Assembly (NCBI GenBank): GCA_943788985.1 | Contig: CALSSJ010000018.1 | Span: 1 to 64,000, forward strand | Direction of reading: 5' to 3' | Length of the DNA stretch: 64,000 nucleotides | DNA from: an uncultured Lentisphaerales bacterium | GTDB taxonomy: Bacteria; Verrucomicrobiota; Lentisphaeria; JABSQK01; UBA12247 | Shown here: positions 53,385-64,000 of the stretch, piece by piece | Numbering within the stretch: the stretch's first letter is position 1 | Layout of the letters: every line of letters begins with the position of its first letter | Notes under the pieces: model-generated | Databases searched by the model: none | Seen by the model: the letters and a program-made list of their open reading frames with translations, nothing else | What the model was told of the DNA's origin: nothing | Translations under genes and position numbers: made by a program

Positions 53385-53719
53385 ATCAGTGGCGGAACCA
53401 AGGGGTATCTGGACAGCTGGCAGATGGTGTGCCAGGCGTGCGGTGAAGTTGCTAAAACAGTGAAGTGTAGGTGAGGGAAAGCGGAGGGCGCAAGCAGGGA
53501 TGTTGACGGAGGCCGGGTTCAGGTGTCAGATGTAGCTTGACGACTACCATGCAAGAAAAACTGCGGCGTCAGCCTGGCCCAGTTTCGCCGCCGTTGGTGC
53601 GGGGGGGAAGGGCGGCGGCTGCCAGGAGAATCAAAGAAATGCGGGGGGCCGCACATTTTCTCAGCAGGCAGCTTGCGATGTTCAAGGGTCGACCTGGCGG
53701 CTCACCCCCACGGGACCGA

Positions 53720-56130
53720 CTACGGGGCCATACGGCTGATGCGCAGGGCAAGGTCGCGTTGCAACGGGGGCAGGGCCAATGACTAGCTCGCCGGAATCGG
53801 TCACGTCTAGCTGCGTGGTGGAAACCTCATCGCTGCCCCAGGTTTCCCAGAACTCGACGTTGTATCGGCCTGGCTTGAGGCCGGTGAGGGTGAAGGAGGT
53901 GTCAGCAATGAGATCGAAGCGATCGGGCTCGGTCGCCGTCGCAGGATGATAACGATCGCCCACGAAGCGTTTGTATTGGCGGGTCTGCGCTTTGAGAATT
54001 CCGCGCCAATCCATCCGGTTGAGCTTCTCGGGGGAGCGGAGACTGGTTTTGGGCATCTTCATAGATCCATGCCCAAGCGGTTTCGTCAGTATGCCGGTAG
54101 AAGCGCTCGCAGGTCGCGGATGCCGTCCTAGTTTTCTCAGGGAGGACAGCCCCGTAGTGCCACTCTTTGCCGCGCATCTCTGTCCCCGCCACGAAACGGG
54201 CAGCCGTGGCATGGAAGCGGTCGAGGATTTTTGGCAAACACTAGATTCCACCACCAGGGATATGGCGCGCCAGCGGTCCGCTGCATGAGTCCAGCCCAGA
54301 GACCATCGTGAATATGTTGAGACATTTCCTGGACATTGCCAGCAATCGCACTGCCGCCATACTCCTCAATGATGGCGGGGTTTGTCGAACTTTCGCAGGT
54401 ACTCGGTCACCTCATGAAAGCGGTCAATGGCGCCGTTGGTCTCGGCATAGGCCGCAATCTGGGGTGAAGTCGATTTCGGGCATTCGCCACATCCCGGAGT
54501 CGCCAAAGTTGCCCGCGTACATTGTCGAGATGGGATGCTGTCCGGTATCATAGGTCCGGAGGACAGCGTGCATTTCTTTATGCCAGGCGCGGGTGGGAAC
54601 GCGCTTCGCCCCGACAGCATCCACTTCGATCCAGGTGGTCCAGCCAAAGATGGTGGGATCGGCACCCCAGCGCGCGGCAATGTAGCGAAAGCGCTGATGA
54701 AAACAGGCGCATCGCTTCCGGATCGGTCATGACCTTACGACGATCCTCCAGTGGCCCACCGTGCACACTGTTGTAGGGGTTTTCATTCCACTGCCTGTCG
54801 TAGGTGCTGGCAAAAGGCCCGTGATTCTGCAGGGCCAGATCCACGACAATGCCATGGGCAGCAGCACGCTCGAAGATCCAGTCCAGCTGCTGGGCATTGC
54901 GCAAATTGTACTGACCGATTCCATGATAGCCCGGCACCGTCTTGTGCCACTCGATTCCACCAAACCAGGGCGCCATCCAGATTCGCGCCAGATTGATGCC
55001 GGACGCGCCCATCTGGTCGATGTAGCCCGTCATGGCTCGCGCGCCACCGTTGACTGAAGGCAAGGGATAGTCACGATCCCGAGGGCTGGGCATTGTCAAT
55101 CGGGGGAGCGCAGGTTGATGCCAAGCGGATAGAAGAATTCACCATTCTCATAGGAGAAGTAGCGGTGGTCATCCGGGTCGACCTGGATAAAAACCGCGAG
55201 CCTGGGAAGGGGGCGACCTCCCAGGTCTGCCATGCGGTCTTGACCTTTCCGCCACGATCATCGTGTCCGGTCAATCGCCACCGGTAGGTCCCCGATTCGC
55301 GCGGCGTATAGCGCACGCGCCACTCCGGCGGCCCGACCGGAAACAACAGCTCGTCGTCGCCTGGATAGGTGGCCCGGTAGGCTTGAAAATAGAAGGCAAC
55401 CGCTCGGGTGGTTTCACCGTCGGGGCGGCTGGGATCTCGGGCCGCAACATCAATAGCCCGAGCATCAAAGGGGTTCTTGTAGACCCGGGGAAAGCGTGAA
55501 GCGTGCCTCTGCCATGACGTTCTGGCTGGCAGTTGAAAAGGAACTCAGAACGCTGGCGGCCAGCGGCGCTGGCGCAGCTGGATCTGGCTCCAGAGAAACG
55601 TCCCGGATCTCAACCCCGTTGATTCCGTGATCATGGCTGAATAGTTTCAGCCCGACCGTGCGCACGCGGCGCAGGCTCCAGGGACCAAACTCTTGGCCAT
55701 CGTGCTTCAGCGGGTACCAGTTTTGCTGCAAATCAGCGGTCACGGTGATCTGCTTGCCTTGGCGCACACATTCGCTCACATGCTGCTGGAACCAGCGCTC
55801 GTCGCCATCGCGCAGATGCACAATCGCCTTGAACACCGTTGTCTCGTCAGCCAATTGGCCCAGTGGCTCAACCACGAGTTTAACCTTCGCATTGTGCAGC
55901 CAGTTTTTCTTCGACGGTGAATTCGACTTCGCCCAGCGGGGACATCATGGTGCAGGGCCCGCTTGTTGAATCTGCTGTTCGAATTCAAAGTGCCGGGGCA
56001 GGTAGGAAGCCCCCAGGACCAGGGCCACAGCAGCCGCGAGAATCAGGGCCAGGCTCAGATACCGGCTTCTCAGCGAGCGATTGGCCGGGGCTGGAGTGGG
56101 GGCCGAGGTGGTCTTGGCGGTCGTATGGGG
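53720..56130 (-). CDS. TM + CBM-like + DUF5060-like + clan GH-A (GH5-like) hydrolase region, many frameshifts
   Basis: YKNPFD, EWRVRYTPRESGTYRWR, YFSYENGEFFYPLGINL, GINLARIW, NPYNSVHGGP, RYIAARWGADPTIFGWTTWIEVD, PAIIEEYG, YNVEFWETW, LPPLQRDLAL. Confidence 0.75.
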
Positions 56131-57496
56131 GGAGGGCCATGTGCAGTCTTCTCCCAGTAGAACGGTGCCCAGAGGTGCTGGAGGACGCCTTTCCAGGCAG
56201 CCAGGCTCATCAACGCCCAGTACAGGGGCAGCCCGAGGGCGGGCAGGCACAAGCCGTATCATCCCTCTCTGCCAAGCCCCGATGGCGTGCACGAGCATGA
56301 ACAGGAAATTACACGTCCCCTAACACAACGACAGCTACATACAGATAGGCTGTGTGGGGAGAGGAAGGATGGAAGATCGCTTCAGCTCGAACGGCGCCAA
56401 CAGCCAGCAGCAGCCAGCAAAACGGTTGCATGAGCAAGGCAAAGACGTGGCCGCCGATCACCAACCACAGGCACAAATACTGCCAGATTCCAAACTCGCG
56501 GATACCGTGTGACGGGCTGCGCGTGTGAACTAGCAAGGTCTGCCAATACCCCTTGACCCAACGCGACCGTTGGCGCAGCCAAATGGCCGGGCAGCTCACC
56601 GCTTCTTCCCACGTTGTCGAATTCAGCACCCGCGTTTCCAGGCTCTGGCGCGCCATGTGCATGCCCAGGTCGCAGTCTTCGGTCACGTTCCAGGCATCCC
56701 AACCGCCTAGGTTTTGTAATGTCTCCGTCCGAAAGTGATTGGAGGTCCCGCCCAGCGGAATCGGGGCGCCCAGGGAGTGCAGCCCCGGCAGGAAGAGATC
56801 GAACCAAACCGTATACTCAAGTGTAAACCAACGGGTCAGCAGGTTTTGCCGGGCATTGTAGTAGTTTAGACAGGCTTGAAGGCAGGTGACCCCCGGCAAG
56901 CGCCGAAACGTCGCAACCGCCTTCTTCAGTTGGTCGGGGTCGGGTCGGTCTTCTGCATCAAAGATCACCAGAAACTCGCCTCGGGCACATTCAAGGCCAA
57001 AATTGCAGGCGCGAGGTTTGGTTCTGGGGATGCCATCAGAGACGATCACGGTCGAAATCCATGCTGGCAGCGTAAGCATGGCCACGGCAGCTTGGGTTTG
57101 CTGGTCATCTTCCTCGAGCAAGAACTGGACATCGAGTTTCTGCTGCGGGTAGTCCAGTTGCGACAAGCTGTCGACCATCGGCCCCACCATTCCGGGCTCC
57201 TGATACATGGGGACGAGAATCGTGTAAACCGGCAGACTCTCCTCATCCAGCAAGGCCAACTCTGCGACGGACAGGTCTTCCAGATCATGGCGGATCAGTC
57301 CGCTTAGGATACTGACCAGCTTTACGGCGACAACCAGCGCAAAACCGCCGAGCAGCACCAAGTCAAGGCTGAGGCCAAGCAACTTCCGGTCATAGAGCCC
57401 AAGCCCAGCAGTTGCCAGCATCAGCACAATCACCAAGAAACGCTGACCAACGCTCCAGGTCGTACGGGCAGACTGTCGTGAATTCAAACCGGGCAA
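56070..57496 (-). CDS. GT2 processive glycosyltransferase (cellulose-synthase-like), frameshifted C-terminus
   Basis: PVYTILVPMYQE, PRTKPRACN, IFDAED, PLGGTSNHFR, NVTEDCDLG, QRSRW; C-terminus PLYWALMSLAAWKG...PFYWEKTAHG in another frame. Confidence 0.9.
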
Positions 57497-57715
57497 TGAG
57501 AGTCCTCGGGTGGCAAAAGGCGACGGAAGCCAGGCGGCAAGCGCAGGAGAAAATTAATAGCCCGCGAAAGGCGCGAAACAACGCGATTGTGGATATTTTG
57601 GGGTAGGGGAGGGGGAAGAAAAGTCGCCCGCGAGCCGAACTCAGGGAGATGGGCTCCCAGCAATGAGGCAGCGGATCCGCAAAGACACGAAACGAGGATG
57701 GGGGACGGTGGGGCA

Positions 57716-58117
57716 CTACGATGGCTTTCGAGCAGTATCCAGTACGATGCGCTCCCATTCGCGATTTGGCTGATGACCGAAGTTGACGAGGAGACCGAGA
57801 CGATAACGAGTTGCATTCAGATAGTTGTGCAACTGAGCGCGACGTTCGTCACATAGCTTCGACACTGATTTGGGTTCAAGGATAGCTTTGGCATAGCAGA
57901 TGAAGTCCGGGATGTATCGCTGCTTCAATTCCGGTCCACGATCGCTGAGCTTGAGTTGCGGTTGTGCCATGGCGGAGATGCCTTGGGTATCCAGCTCAAT
58001 CTTCATGCATTCCTGATAGACAGGCTCAAAAAAGCCACAGGCGGTATCTTCGGAAACCTCAAAACAGGCACCGATAATCTGATACGCTTCTTTCCGATAC
58101 ACCACATCCTTATTCAT
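57716..58117 (-). CDS. GxxExxY protein (PD-(D/E)XK-like), possibly degenerate
   Basis: YQIIGACFEV, CGFFEPVYQECM, YIPDFICY, ILEPKSV, AQLHNYL, LGLLVNFG. Confidence 0.9.
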   Translation of the reverse strand: MNKDVVYRKEAYQIIGACFEVSEDTACGFFEPVYQECMKIELDTQGISAMAQPQLKLSDRGPELKQRYIPDFICYAKAILEPKSVSKLCDERRAQLHNYLNATRYRLGLLVNFGHQPNREWERIVLDTARKPS

Positions 58118-58427
58118 GGCTCTTCGCGAGTTTGGGTTATTCATCATCTTCCGTCCCGAGACAATACAGCTACCGTCACATCTCCTTCCGGCAAAGAGGA
58201 ATGGCCGACGAAGCACGCGGATGAAGATATGATGTGTCAGAAAGAGAAAGGGATGTATTGCACGCGAAACGACGCGAAAGTGGAACCGCAGAATTTCGTT
58301 TCGCGGGCCCTATCTTTCCCACGCCCCTACAGTCCCTTTTCCTTTCCCCTTTCGCGGGCGATTTCCCGTCGAAGTGTACGGACAGCTTGCGCGACCGATC
58401 ATGCGGCGGATGGCGCTGAGAAGTGTC

Positions 58428-61025
58428 TCAGCCTTGATCGAACTTAGCCTTCACGATCCACGTTCCCGGTTGAACAGCGAACGTGACATAGCACTTGCTG
58501 TTTTCCCGAAAGGTCAGACCGGCAATTCCTGCACGCGGGGTACCACTTTGCCAGACGGTCGTTCCGTTTGCCTCGACCCGGGTGATTGTGGAACCAGTAC
58601 CTTTGGGGATACCGATGATGGCGGTGGTGTCGGCTGGGGAGGTCAAGGTCATGCTGAATGAAGCTGGCTCATTGCGCAGTTCCAGAGCGATGTTCCCCTT
58701 CACCGCGGGGACCGTGGTCTTGATGTACTTCAGAGGGCCCATCTGTGGGAGGACGTGGTAGGTTCCGTAGCCGGGCGTGACCGGAGCCACACCTGCACCG
58801 TATTGTGACAGCAGGGTTAAGGCACCGCCGCACCAAGCATGGTCAATGGTGCCGCCGCCGTGGCCGCCAATCCGCCAGTCCTCCCAGAGGGTGGTGAACG
58901 GATGATCGGTCATGATCTTAAATCGCTTCTTGGTTCGGGTGATGGCATCGTCCTCGAATCGCATCACGTACAGGGCTTCGCCGACGTACTTCTCCATGTA
59001 GGGGCTGCTGTGTTCCTCGGTTCTGAGGACCTCGCGAATCGCATCGTATTGCTCGGGCTTGGCCAGGCCGGCGAGGACTGCCAAGGCATGCCCACGATCA
59101 TCGGTTTCGCCCTTGTAGTCTGGCGAGCGGTATTCGGTGCCGTTCCAGAAGGTTGTATTGAAGTGTTGCTCGATGCTCTTCATTCTGGCTTCAATGCCTG
59201 CCACATCGCCTTGTGCGCCAACTGTCTGGGCCATGTTCAGCTGTCCCTTAAGGGCCAGGTAATACCAGCTGTTGCACAGGATGGTCATGTCCTTGTTATC
59301 TCCCCAGTCGCCCCAGGTCCAGCCGCCTTTGCGTGGCACCACGAGGCCATCGTCGCCCAGCTTCCAGACCGATAGATAGCGCGCCACCGCGGGATAAACC
59401 GCGCGGATCGTCTTGATGTCGCCGGTATACTGGTAGTAGGTCCAGAAACCAAAATAGCCGACCGAGTTGAGCATCTGCATGGGGAGCTCGTTGTGCCAAT
59501 TTCCCGCAGGAACCGGGGAGTAGATGGTTTGGTCTGCCCGCTGCCAGTTCATCAGCTCAAGGATGCCCTTTTGAGCCAAGAGATTACTGCGAGGATCTAG
59601 CGCATAGAAGGCCTCGCCCATCTCGTTGACCATGTCGCCCCACCACTGTGCGCGCTCGCGATCGGGACAGTCGAAGTAGGTATCACGCATAGTGATGTAT
59701 AAGGTCCGCAAGGCCTTCTGGCGGTAGTGATTCAGAAATTCATCGTCGCACTCGAAGACGCCAGTGAACTCGGCATTGTAGCCGGTCTCCCGGTATTGCA
59801 ATGCGAGAATCTTGAATCCAGCGGGAATGGTGTAATGGGCTTCGTGACCGTTCATCCACCCCAGGTTCTCGTATTGCTGTACGCCCTGCCGCGTCACATA
59901 CTCAGCGCGCACATTGGGCGATCCACCGCCACTGTAGTTGTCCATGCGAATGTCGATGAGTTGTCCCCCTGGGCCTTCGACCTTCAGATATGGCGTGATC
60001 TGAGCGTTATAGGGCAGCTTGGCCTTGATCGTGCTCCCGTCTGAGACGGTCGGTAAATCTGCGGCGTTCGCATAGTCTTTTAGACCAAAGTCTTTCCACA
60101 GCGGAATCACACGGTGCACCAGTTGGTTCCATGGGCTGCACGGCGGCTTGCCGTAGGTGCCCGCAGTCAGCCAGACTGAATCGTCGAATCCCGGATTTTG
60201 CCAGCCGAGCAAGTCGTTCCTGGCATCAAACCGGATATTGGATTCAGGCAGGCGAAAATTCGGCTGCTCGCCAGCTGTTTTTTCATAAGCTGGGTGCGTG
60301 ATGGCCTTCCAGTCGCTGTCACTGAGCAGCGGCGTTCCGTCCAGATCCGCATCGAACACCAGACCAGCCTTGCCGCTGCTGTTGTGGCTGAAGCCGTGCT
60401 TGCCGAAGTACCAAAGCAACACAGCAATCGTGTTGTCGCCTTCCCGCAGATGTGGCGTCAGGTCCACCTGATCGAAATAGGTGTCGTCGCGGGTTGGCCC
60501 GCGCTTGACTTGGCCTTCAAAGACCACCAGCGTGCCATTGATCCAGAGCCAATACTTGGAATCTGCGGCGATTCGCGCGCTCGCCTGCTGGGGCGCTGCG
60601 TCAAGCTGAACGACCTTGCGGTAGCAACTCCAGTGGTTTGCAGCCTGGTCGTTCGGACTCTTCGAGGCCGGTTGTTCCTGGCGAGTCAGGAGATCAAACT
60701 CGTGGTTCTCCGCAACCGACTGCGTCATCTGCTTGCCGTCAACGGTGTAGGCCAGTTCCAGAGTCTTTAGCGTCCCAAGTGCGGGATCGCCGCCGGCTGT
60801 CGCGTTATCCGCGACGACTGTGAAGTCGCCAGAGGCAATGGCCTGCTGAAAGGTCTCCGTGAGGTCAACCCGCCGTCCCGGGTCGCTGCTGACTCCATAG
60901 AGGGCCTGTGTAATTCGTATCTCTGGGATGTGCTGGGCAGGTGCTGACAGCGCAGGGACGCCAATCCAAGTGGCGCGCCACGGAGTTTCAGCCAGACTGC
61001 TCGACGTTGTCATCAGTACACTCAT
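58428..61025 (-). CDS. Alpha-L-rhamnosidase (GH78) with an N-terminal lectin-like insert
   Basis: IAADSKYWLWING, YFDCPDRERAQWWGD, TTLWEDW, HAWCGG; immediately downstream of rhaA. Confidence 0.9.
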   Translation of the reverse strand: MSVLMTTSSSLAETPWRATWIGVPALSAPAQHIPEIRITQALYGVSSDPGRRVDLTETFQQAIASGDFTVVADNATAGGDPALGTLKTLELAYTVDGKQMTQSVAENHEFDLLTRQEQPASKSPNDQAANHWSCYRKVVQLDAAPQQASARIAADSKYWLWINGTLVVFEGQVKRGPTRDDTYFDQVDLTPHLREGDNTIAVLLWYFGKHGFSHNSSGKAGLVFDADLDGTPLLSDSDWKAITHPAYEKTAGEQPNFRLPESNIRFDARNDLLGWQNPGFDDSVWLTAGTYGKPPCSPWNQLVHRVIPLWKDFGLKDYANAADLPTVSDGSTIKAKLPYNAQITPYLKVEGPGGQLIDIRMDNYSGGGSPNVRAEYVTRQGVQQYENLGWMNGHEAHYTIPAGFKILALQYRETGYNAEFTGVFECDDEFLNHYRQKALRTLYITMRDTYFDCPDRERAQWWGDMVNEMGEAFYALDPRSNLLAQKGILELMNWQRADQTIYSPVPAGNWHNELPMQMLNSVGYFGFWTYYQYTGDIKTIRAVYPAVARYLSVWKLGDDGLVVPRKGGWTWGDWGDNKDMTILCNSWYYLALKGQLNMAQTVGAQGDVAGIEARMKSIEQHFNTTFWNGTEYRSPDYKGETDDRGHALAVLAGLAKPEQYDAIREVLRTEEHSSPYMEKYVGEALYVMRFEDDAITRTKKRFKIMTDHPFTTLWEDWRIGGHGGGTIDHAWCGGALTLLSQYGAGVAPVTPGYGTYHVLPQMGPLKYIKTTVPAVKGNIALELRNEPASFSMTLTSPADTTAIIGIPKGTGSTITRVEANGTTVWQSGTPRAGIAGLTFRENSKCYVTFAVQPGTWIVKAKFDQG

Positions 61026-61205
61026 TAGAATTCACATTCCTAGGTTTATGATTGCTCTGTATGTTTGAGATGTGGTGCGGGAAGAGGCCCGCGACGTTGA
61101 TTTACCGTGGGGCCGCATGCCACCGAGCCTTTCTACCCCGGCGAAAGGCACGATCAGTTGCCGAAGATCTTCTGGCAGCTACCGGGGCAACGCGCCAATG
61201 GCTCT

Positions 61206-62465
61206 CTAGCTGCGTAGCGAAAGGACGTCAGTCTCGTAGGCTTCCATATCAGCCAACCAAGCGGCACCAACTGGCACGCCAGTCCTCTCACAGAGCATGT
61301 CCCAAACAGCGGCGAATGGCATGGACGTGAACTCCTCCATCAGGGCGAGGCGATGCGCGTTTTTTCCTTCCAACTCATAGGACTGAAGCTGTTCGGTCGG
61401 GTCCAGTAGGGCATAGAGAATGCCCTTCCGTGCGGCACGGGTGCCAGTCACGTAGGCACCGATACGGTTGATCGAGGCGTCGAAAAAGTCGAGCGCAATG
61501 ATCACGCGATCCCAGACATTGCCGCGCTGAATTTCGAGAAAGACGTTTTTGAGGTCGTCATTAAACAGCGTAACGTGATCGGAATCCCAACGGATCGGAC
61601 GGCTCACGTGCAGCAATATCTGATCCATGAACTGCAGATGGCTGGAAATCTTGCCGTGAATCGTTTCGGTGGGATGGAAGTGCCCCATGTCCATGCAAAG
61701 GCCAATCTTGCGGCTCAGGGCATAATCCGCGCAGAACTCGGCGGAACTGACCACATATTCTTCCGAGCCAATCCCAAAGAGCTTGCTTTCGATAAAGTCG
61801 ACGCACTTGGCTTTATCAACCGAATCATCGGCCATGATCTCGTCGTAGGATTTCGCCATGCGGGCGCGCGGCCCAAAGCGGTCAGCCGGGATGTCCTTAG
61901 CACCATCGGGTGTCCACCAGTTGACGTGGCACGGGGAGCCCTGCGCCTCTGCCATCGCCTCGGCGATTTTGCGGGATGCCTGGCCGTGCTTCACCCAGAA
62001 GGCCCGGATTTCGTCGTCACGGTTTGAGAGGGTGAAGCCGTCTTCGGCTTTCGGGTGGGAAAAGAATGACGGGTTGAAATCGAGCTTGATGCCCTCTTTG
62101 CTCGCCCAGTCCATCCATTTCTGGAAACCGGCAGGCGTCATTTCATCGCGATCGACATAATGATCGGCTTCGTAGTAGAGCGCATGCACATTGCAACGCT
62201 GGGTTCCGGGAATCAGCGACATCGCTTTGGCTATATCAGCACGGGCCTCCTCGCCATTGCGGGCACGGCCGGGATAGTTTCCTGTTGCCATGATGCCGCC
62301 ACCGGCCAGCCCTTCAGGCTTGGTTTCAAAGCCAACCACGTCATCTGCCTGCCAACAGTGCAGGGAAATAGGCAGTGCCAGTGCTTTCTCGATGGCTCTG
62401 TCCGTATTAATACCGAAGGCCGCATAGCGTTCCTTCGCCAGTTTGTATGCTTGTTCGACAGCCAT
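61206..62465 (-). CDS. rhaA: L-rhamnose isomerase
   Basis: ISLHCWQADDVVGFE, ATGNYPGRAR, FNPSFFSH, ESKLFGIGSE, DMGHFHPTE, HVSRPIRWDSDHV, LDFFDASINR. Confidence 0.97.
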   Translation of the reverse strand: MAVEQAYKLAKERYAAFGINTDRAIEKALALPISLHCWQADDVVGFETKPEGLAGGGIMATGNYPGRARNGEEARADIAKAMSLIPGTQRCNVHALYYEADHYVDRDEMTPAGFQKWMDWASKEGIKLDFNPSFFSHPKAEDGFTLSNRDDEIRAFWVKHGQASRKIAEAMAEAQGSPCHVNWWTPDGAKDIPADRFGPRARMAKSYDEIMADDSVDKAKCVDFIESKLFGIGSEEYVVSSAEFCADYALSRKIGLCMDMGHFHPTETIHGKISSHLQFMDQILLHVSRPIRWDSDHVTLFNDDLKNVFLEIQRGNVWDRVIIALDFFDASINRIGAYVTGTRAARKGILYALLDPTEQLQSYELEGKNAHRLALMEEFTSMPFAAVWDMLCERTGVPVGAAWLADMEAYETDVLSLRS

Positions 62466-62806
62466 CTCTTTCTCCTTTGGATACGATGCTGATAGACTAG
62501 CCTTGCAATCGATTATCCGCCTTGACGATATCGCCAAGTTGTAGCATGATCCTCCCATAGCCGCGCGCCTTGCGGTGTCTGCGGCCGGGAGTTCGGGACA
62601 CGGCGTGTGCCATGTCCTGAACTCCTTTTCTCGAATTATGGTGCTAAGCCAGCAGTCAGGGCTGCGACGTTGGCGCTTCCCTGAAACGCGGGAGACTCAA
62701 GTGCACCAGCCGAGGCCGGGCCTTGCTCGCGATACCCGATCCTCAGCCGTGCGACGGTAGAACCTTGACGCGAGCGAAGTTCAACTGGCAGACCTGAGTG
62801 TTTGGG

Positions 62807-63697
62807 CTACTTCAGCAAGTCGATAATCCGGTAGCCGCCCGAGAACCCGGCCTCAGACACGTATTGGACGCGCTCCTCACGGTAGGCGTCGGTGTGTTCA
62901 AAATGCACGTGGCCACAGAAGATGCCGGCCAGGTTTTTGCTTTCGCCTCGCATCAGGAGTTCATACGTCGCGAGGGTGCTCGGGTCGCTGCCCACGACTT
63001 GCCAATGCTCCCGTTTCTCCGCCGTCCAGCCGTGCGGGCTAGCCATCATAATCGGTGCCCCCCAGCTCCTCAGCACGGCCGGTGCGAGGGATTCGATCCA
63101 AATTGGAATATGAATGAACAGCAGGCACGGCTGCCCGGTGGCAAGCTCGCGGCGCAGAAACGTCAGCTGTTCGAGACTGATCTGGTAGGTGCTGTTGTCC
63201 AGCGCGATCAGACGCACGCCGCCCAGTTCCATTGACTGGCAAGCTGGCGTGCCGCCCGTCAGCCGGTGAAGACGCGGGTAGTACTCCTGGCGAACGGCGT
63301 CGGACCAGGCCAAATGTTGGAAATGCCAGTCGTGGTTCCCAGGCGTAAACAGAGTCGGTGCGCCCAGAGCCTTCATTCCGAGTTCGACGTGTTCGATGCC
63401 CGCCCATGCCGGGAAATCAATGATGTCGCCAGTCAGTACGCCGGCGTCTACGCCCAGTTCACGCGCTTCGCTCAGCGTTCGGTCGAAGACCTCGCGCGTC
63501 GATTCGCCATTGGGCGTGTGTTTGAAGAAGAGTCCTGGCCCGCGACTCTGGCTATACGGGACTGCTTCGGGGTCGCGATCATCTACCTCGGTCATATGGC
63601 TGTCCGTAAGGTGCAGGATCCTCAAGTCGCGCTCCAGACCCGAAATGTGAATGCGCGCTCGGTCGCCGCGTCCGGTCGGCTCGTGTCGAATGTCCAT
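62807..63697 (-). CDS. Calcineurin-like metallophosphoesterase
   Basis: LTDSH, TGDIID, PGNHD, FIHIP, CGHVH. Confidence 0.92.
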   Translation of the reverse strand: MDIRHEPTGRGDRARIHISGLERDLRILHLTDSHMTEVDDRDPEAVPYSQSRGPGLFFKHTPNGESTREVFDRTLSEARELGVDAGVLTGDIIDFPAWAGIEHVELGMKALGAPTLFTPGNHDWHFQHLAWSDAVRQEYYPRLHRLTGGTPACQSMELGGVRLIALDNSTYQISLEQLTFLRRELATGQPCLLFIHIPIWIESLAPAVLRSWGAPIMMASPHGWTAEKREHWQVVGSDPSTLATYELLMRGESKNLAGIFCGHVHFEHTDAYREERVQYVSEAGFSGGYRIIDLLK

Positions 63698-64000
63698 CTG
63701 TCGTGCTCCCGGAGTATTCCGTAGTCGTGGCGACTGCCGCCCAACAATGAGATGGGAATGTACCGCCTTCGCTGATTCCTTCACGCACTGGTGATAGAGA
63801 TTGGCCCGCTCTCGCAATCTATTGATGCGGCGCGTTTTCCCGCGTCGAGCGAGAGAGTCGCAGACTTTCTACACAAGACACCTATGCTACCGTGATTAAT
63901 CACGAGAGGAGATCGAAATGAATAACCCCAATCAGCTTGACTGCGACACGCCCAGACGAGCTGGCCTCGGCGACCAGTCCCAGTCGATAGTTGGTGAACC

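Overview
A 64-kb GC-rich bacterial window, probably from the PVC superphylum (Lentisphaerae/Planctomycetes-like). This is inferred from the many sulfatases, DUF1080, GxxExxY and short palindromic repeats. Core content from left to right: a MoxR-DUF58-BatA-BatB-BatD (vWA) operon; a LacI regulator; a sulfated-glycan region (GH97 remnant, GH168/GHL15-like hydrolase, several sulfatases, Gfo/Idh/MocA + DUF1080); a secreted glutathione peroxidase-methyltransferase fusion; a ribose-type ABC transporter; a very large multi-module GH31-containing enzyme next to a glycerophosphodiesterase; an old yellow enzyme; an IS91-family remnant; an M12 metalloprotease with FN3 domains; two more sulfatases; a decaying accessory region; a frameshifted GT2 synthase apparently fused to a DUF5060/GH-A-clan hydrolase; and GH78 rhamnosidase, rhaA and a metallophosphoesterase. 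The most notable unannotated structure is a set of integron attC-like hairpins with no integrase in the window. Four of them are consecutive at 47.7-48.8 kb and delimit ~340-370 bp gene cassettes; others lie at 7.5, 41.5 and 52.9 kb. The accessory region also holds a toxin-antitoxin module, an IS3 remnant and an inverted-repeat-bounded gene. Many frameshifts cluster at homopolymers and may be long-read assembly errors, so split genes were reconstructed by eye. All family calls rest on motif recognition, not database searches.
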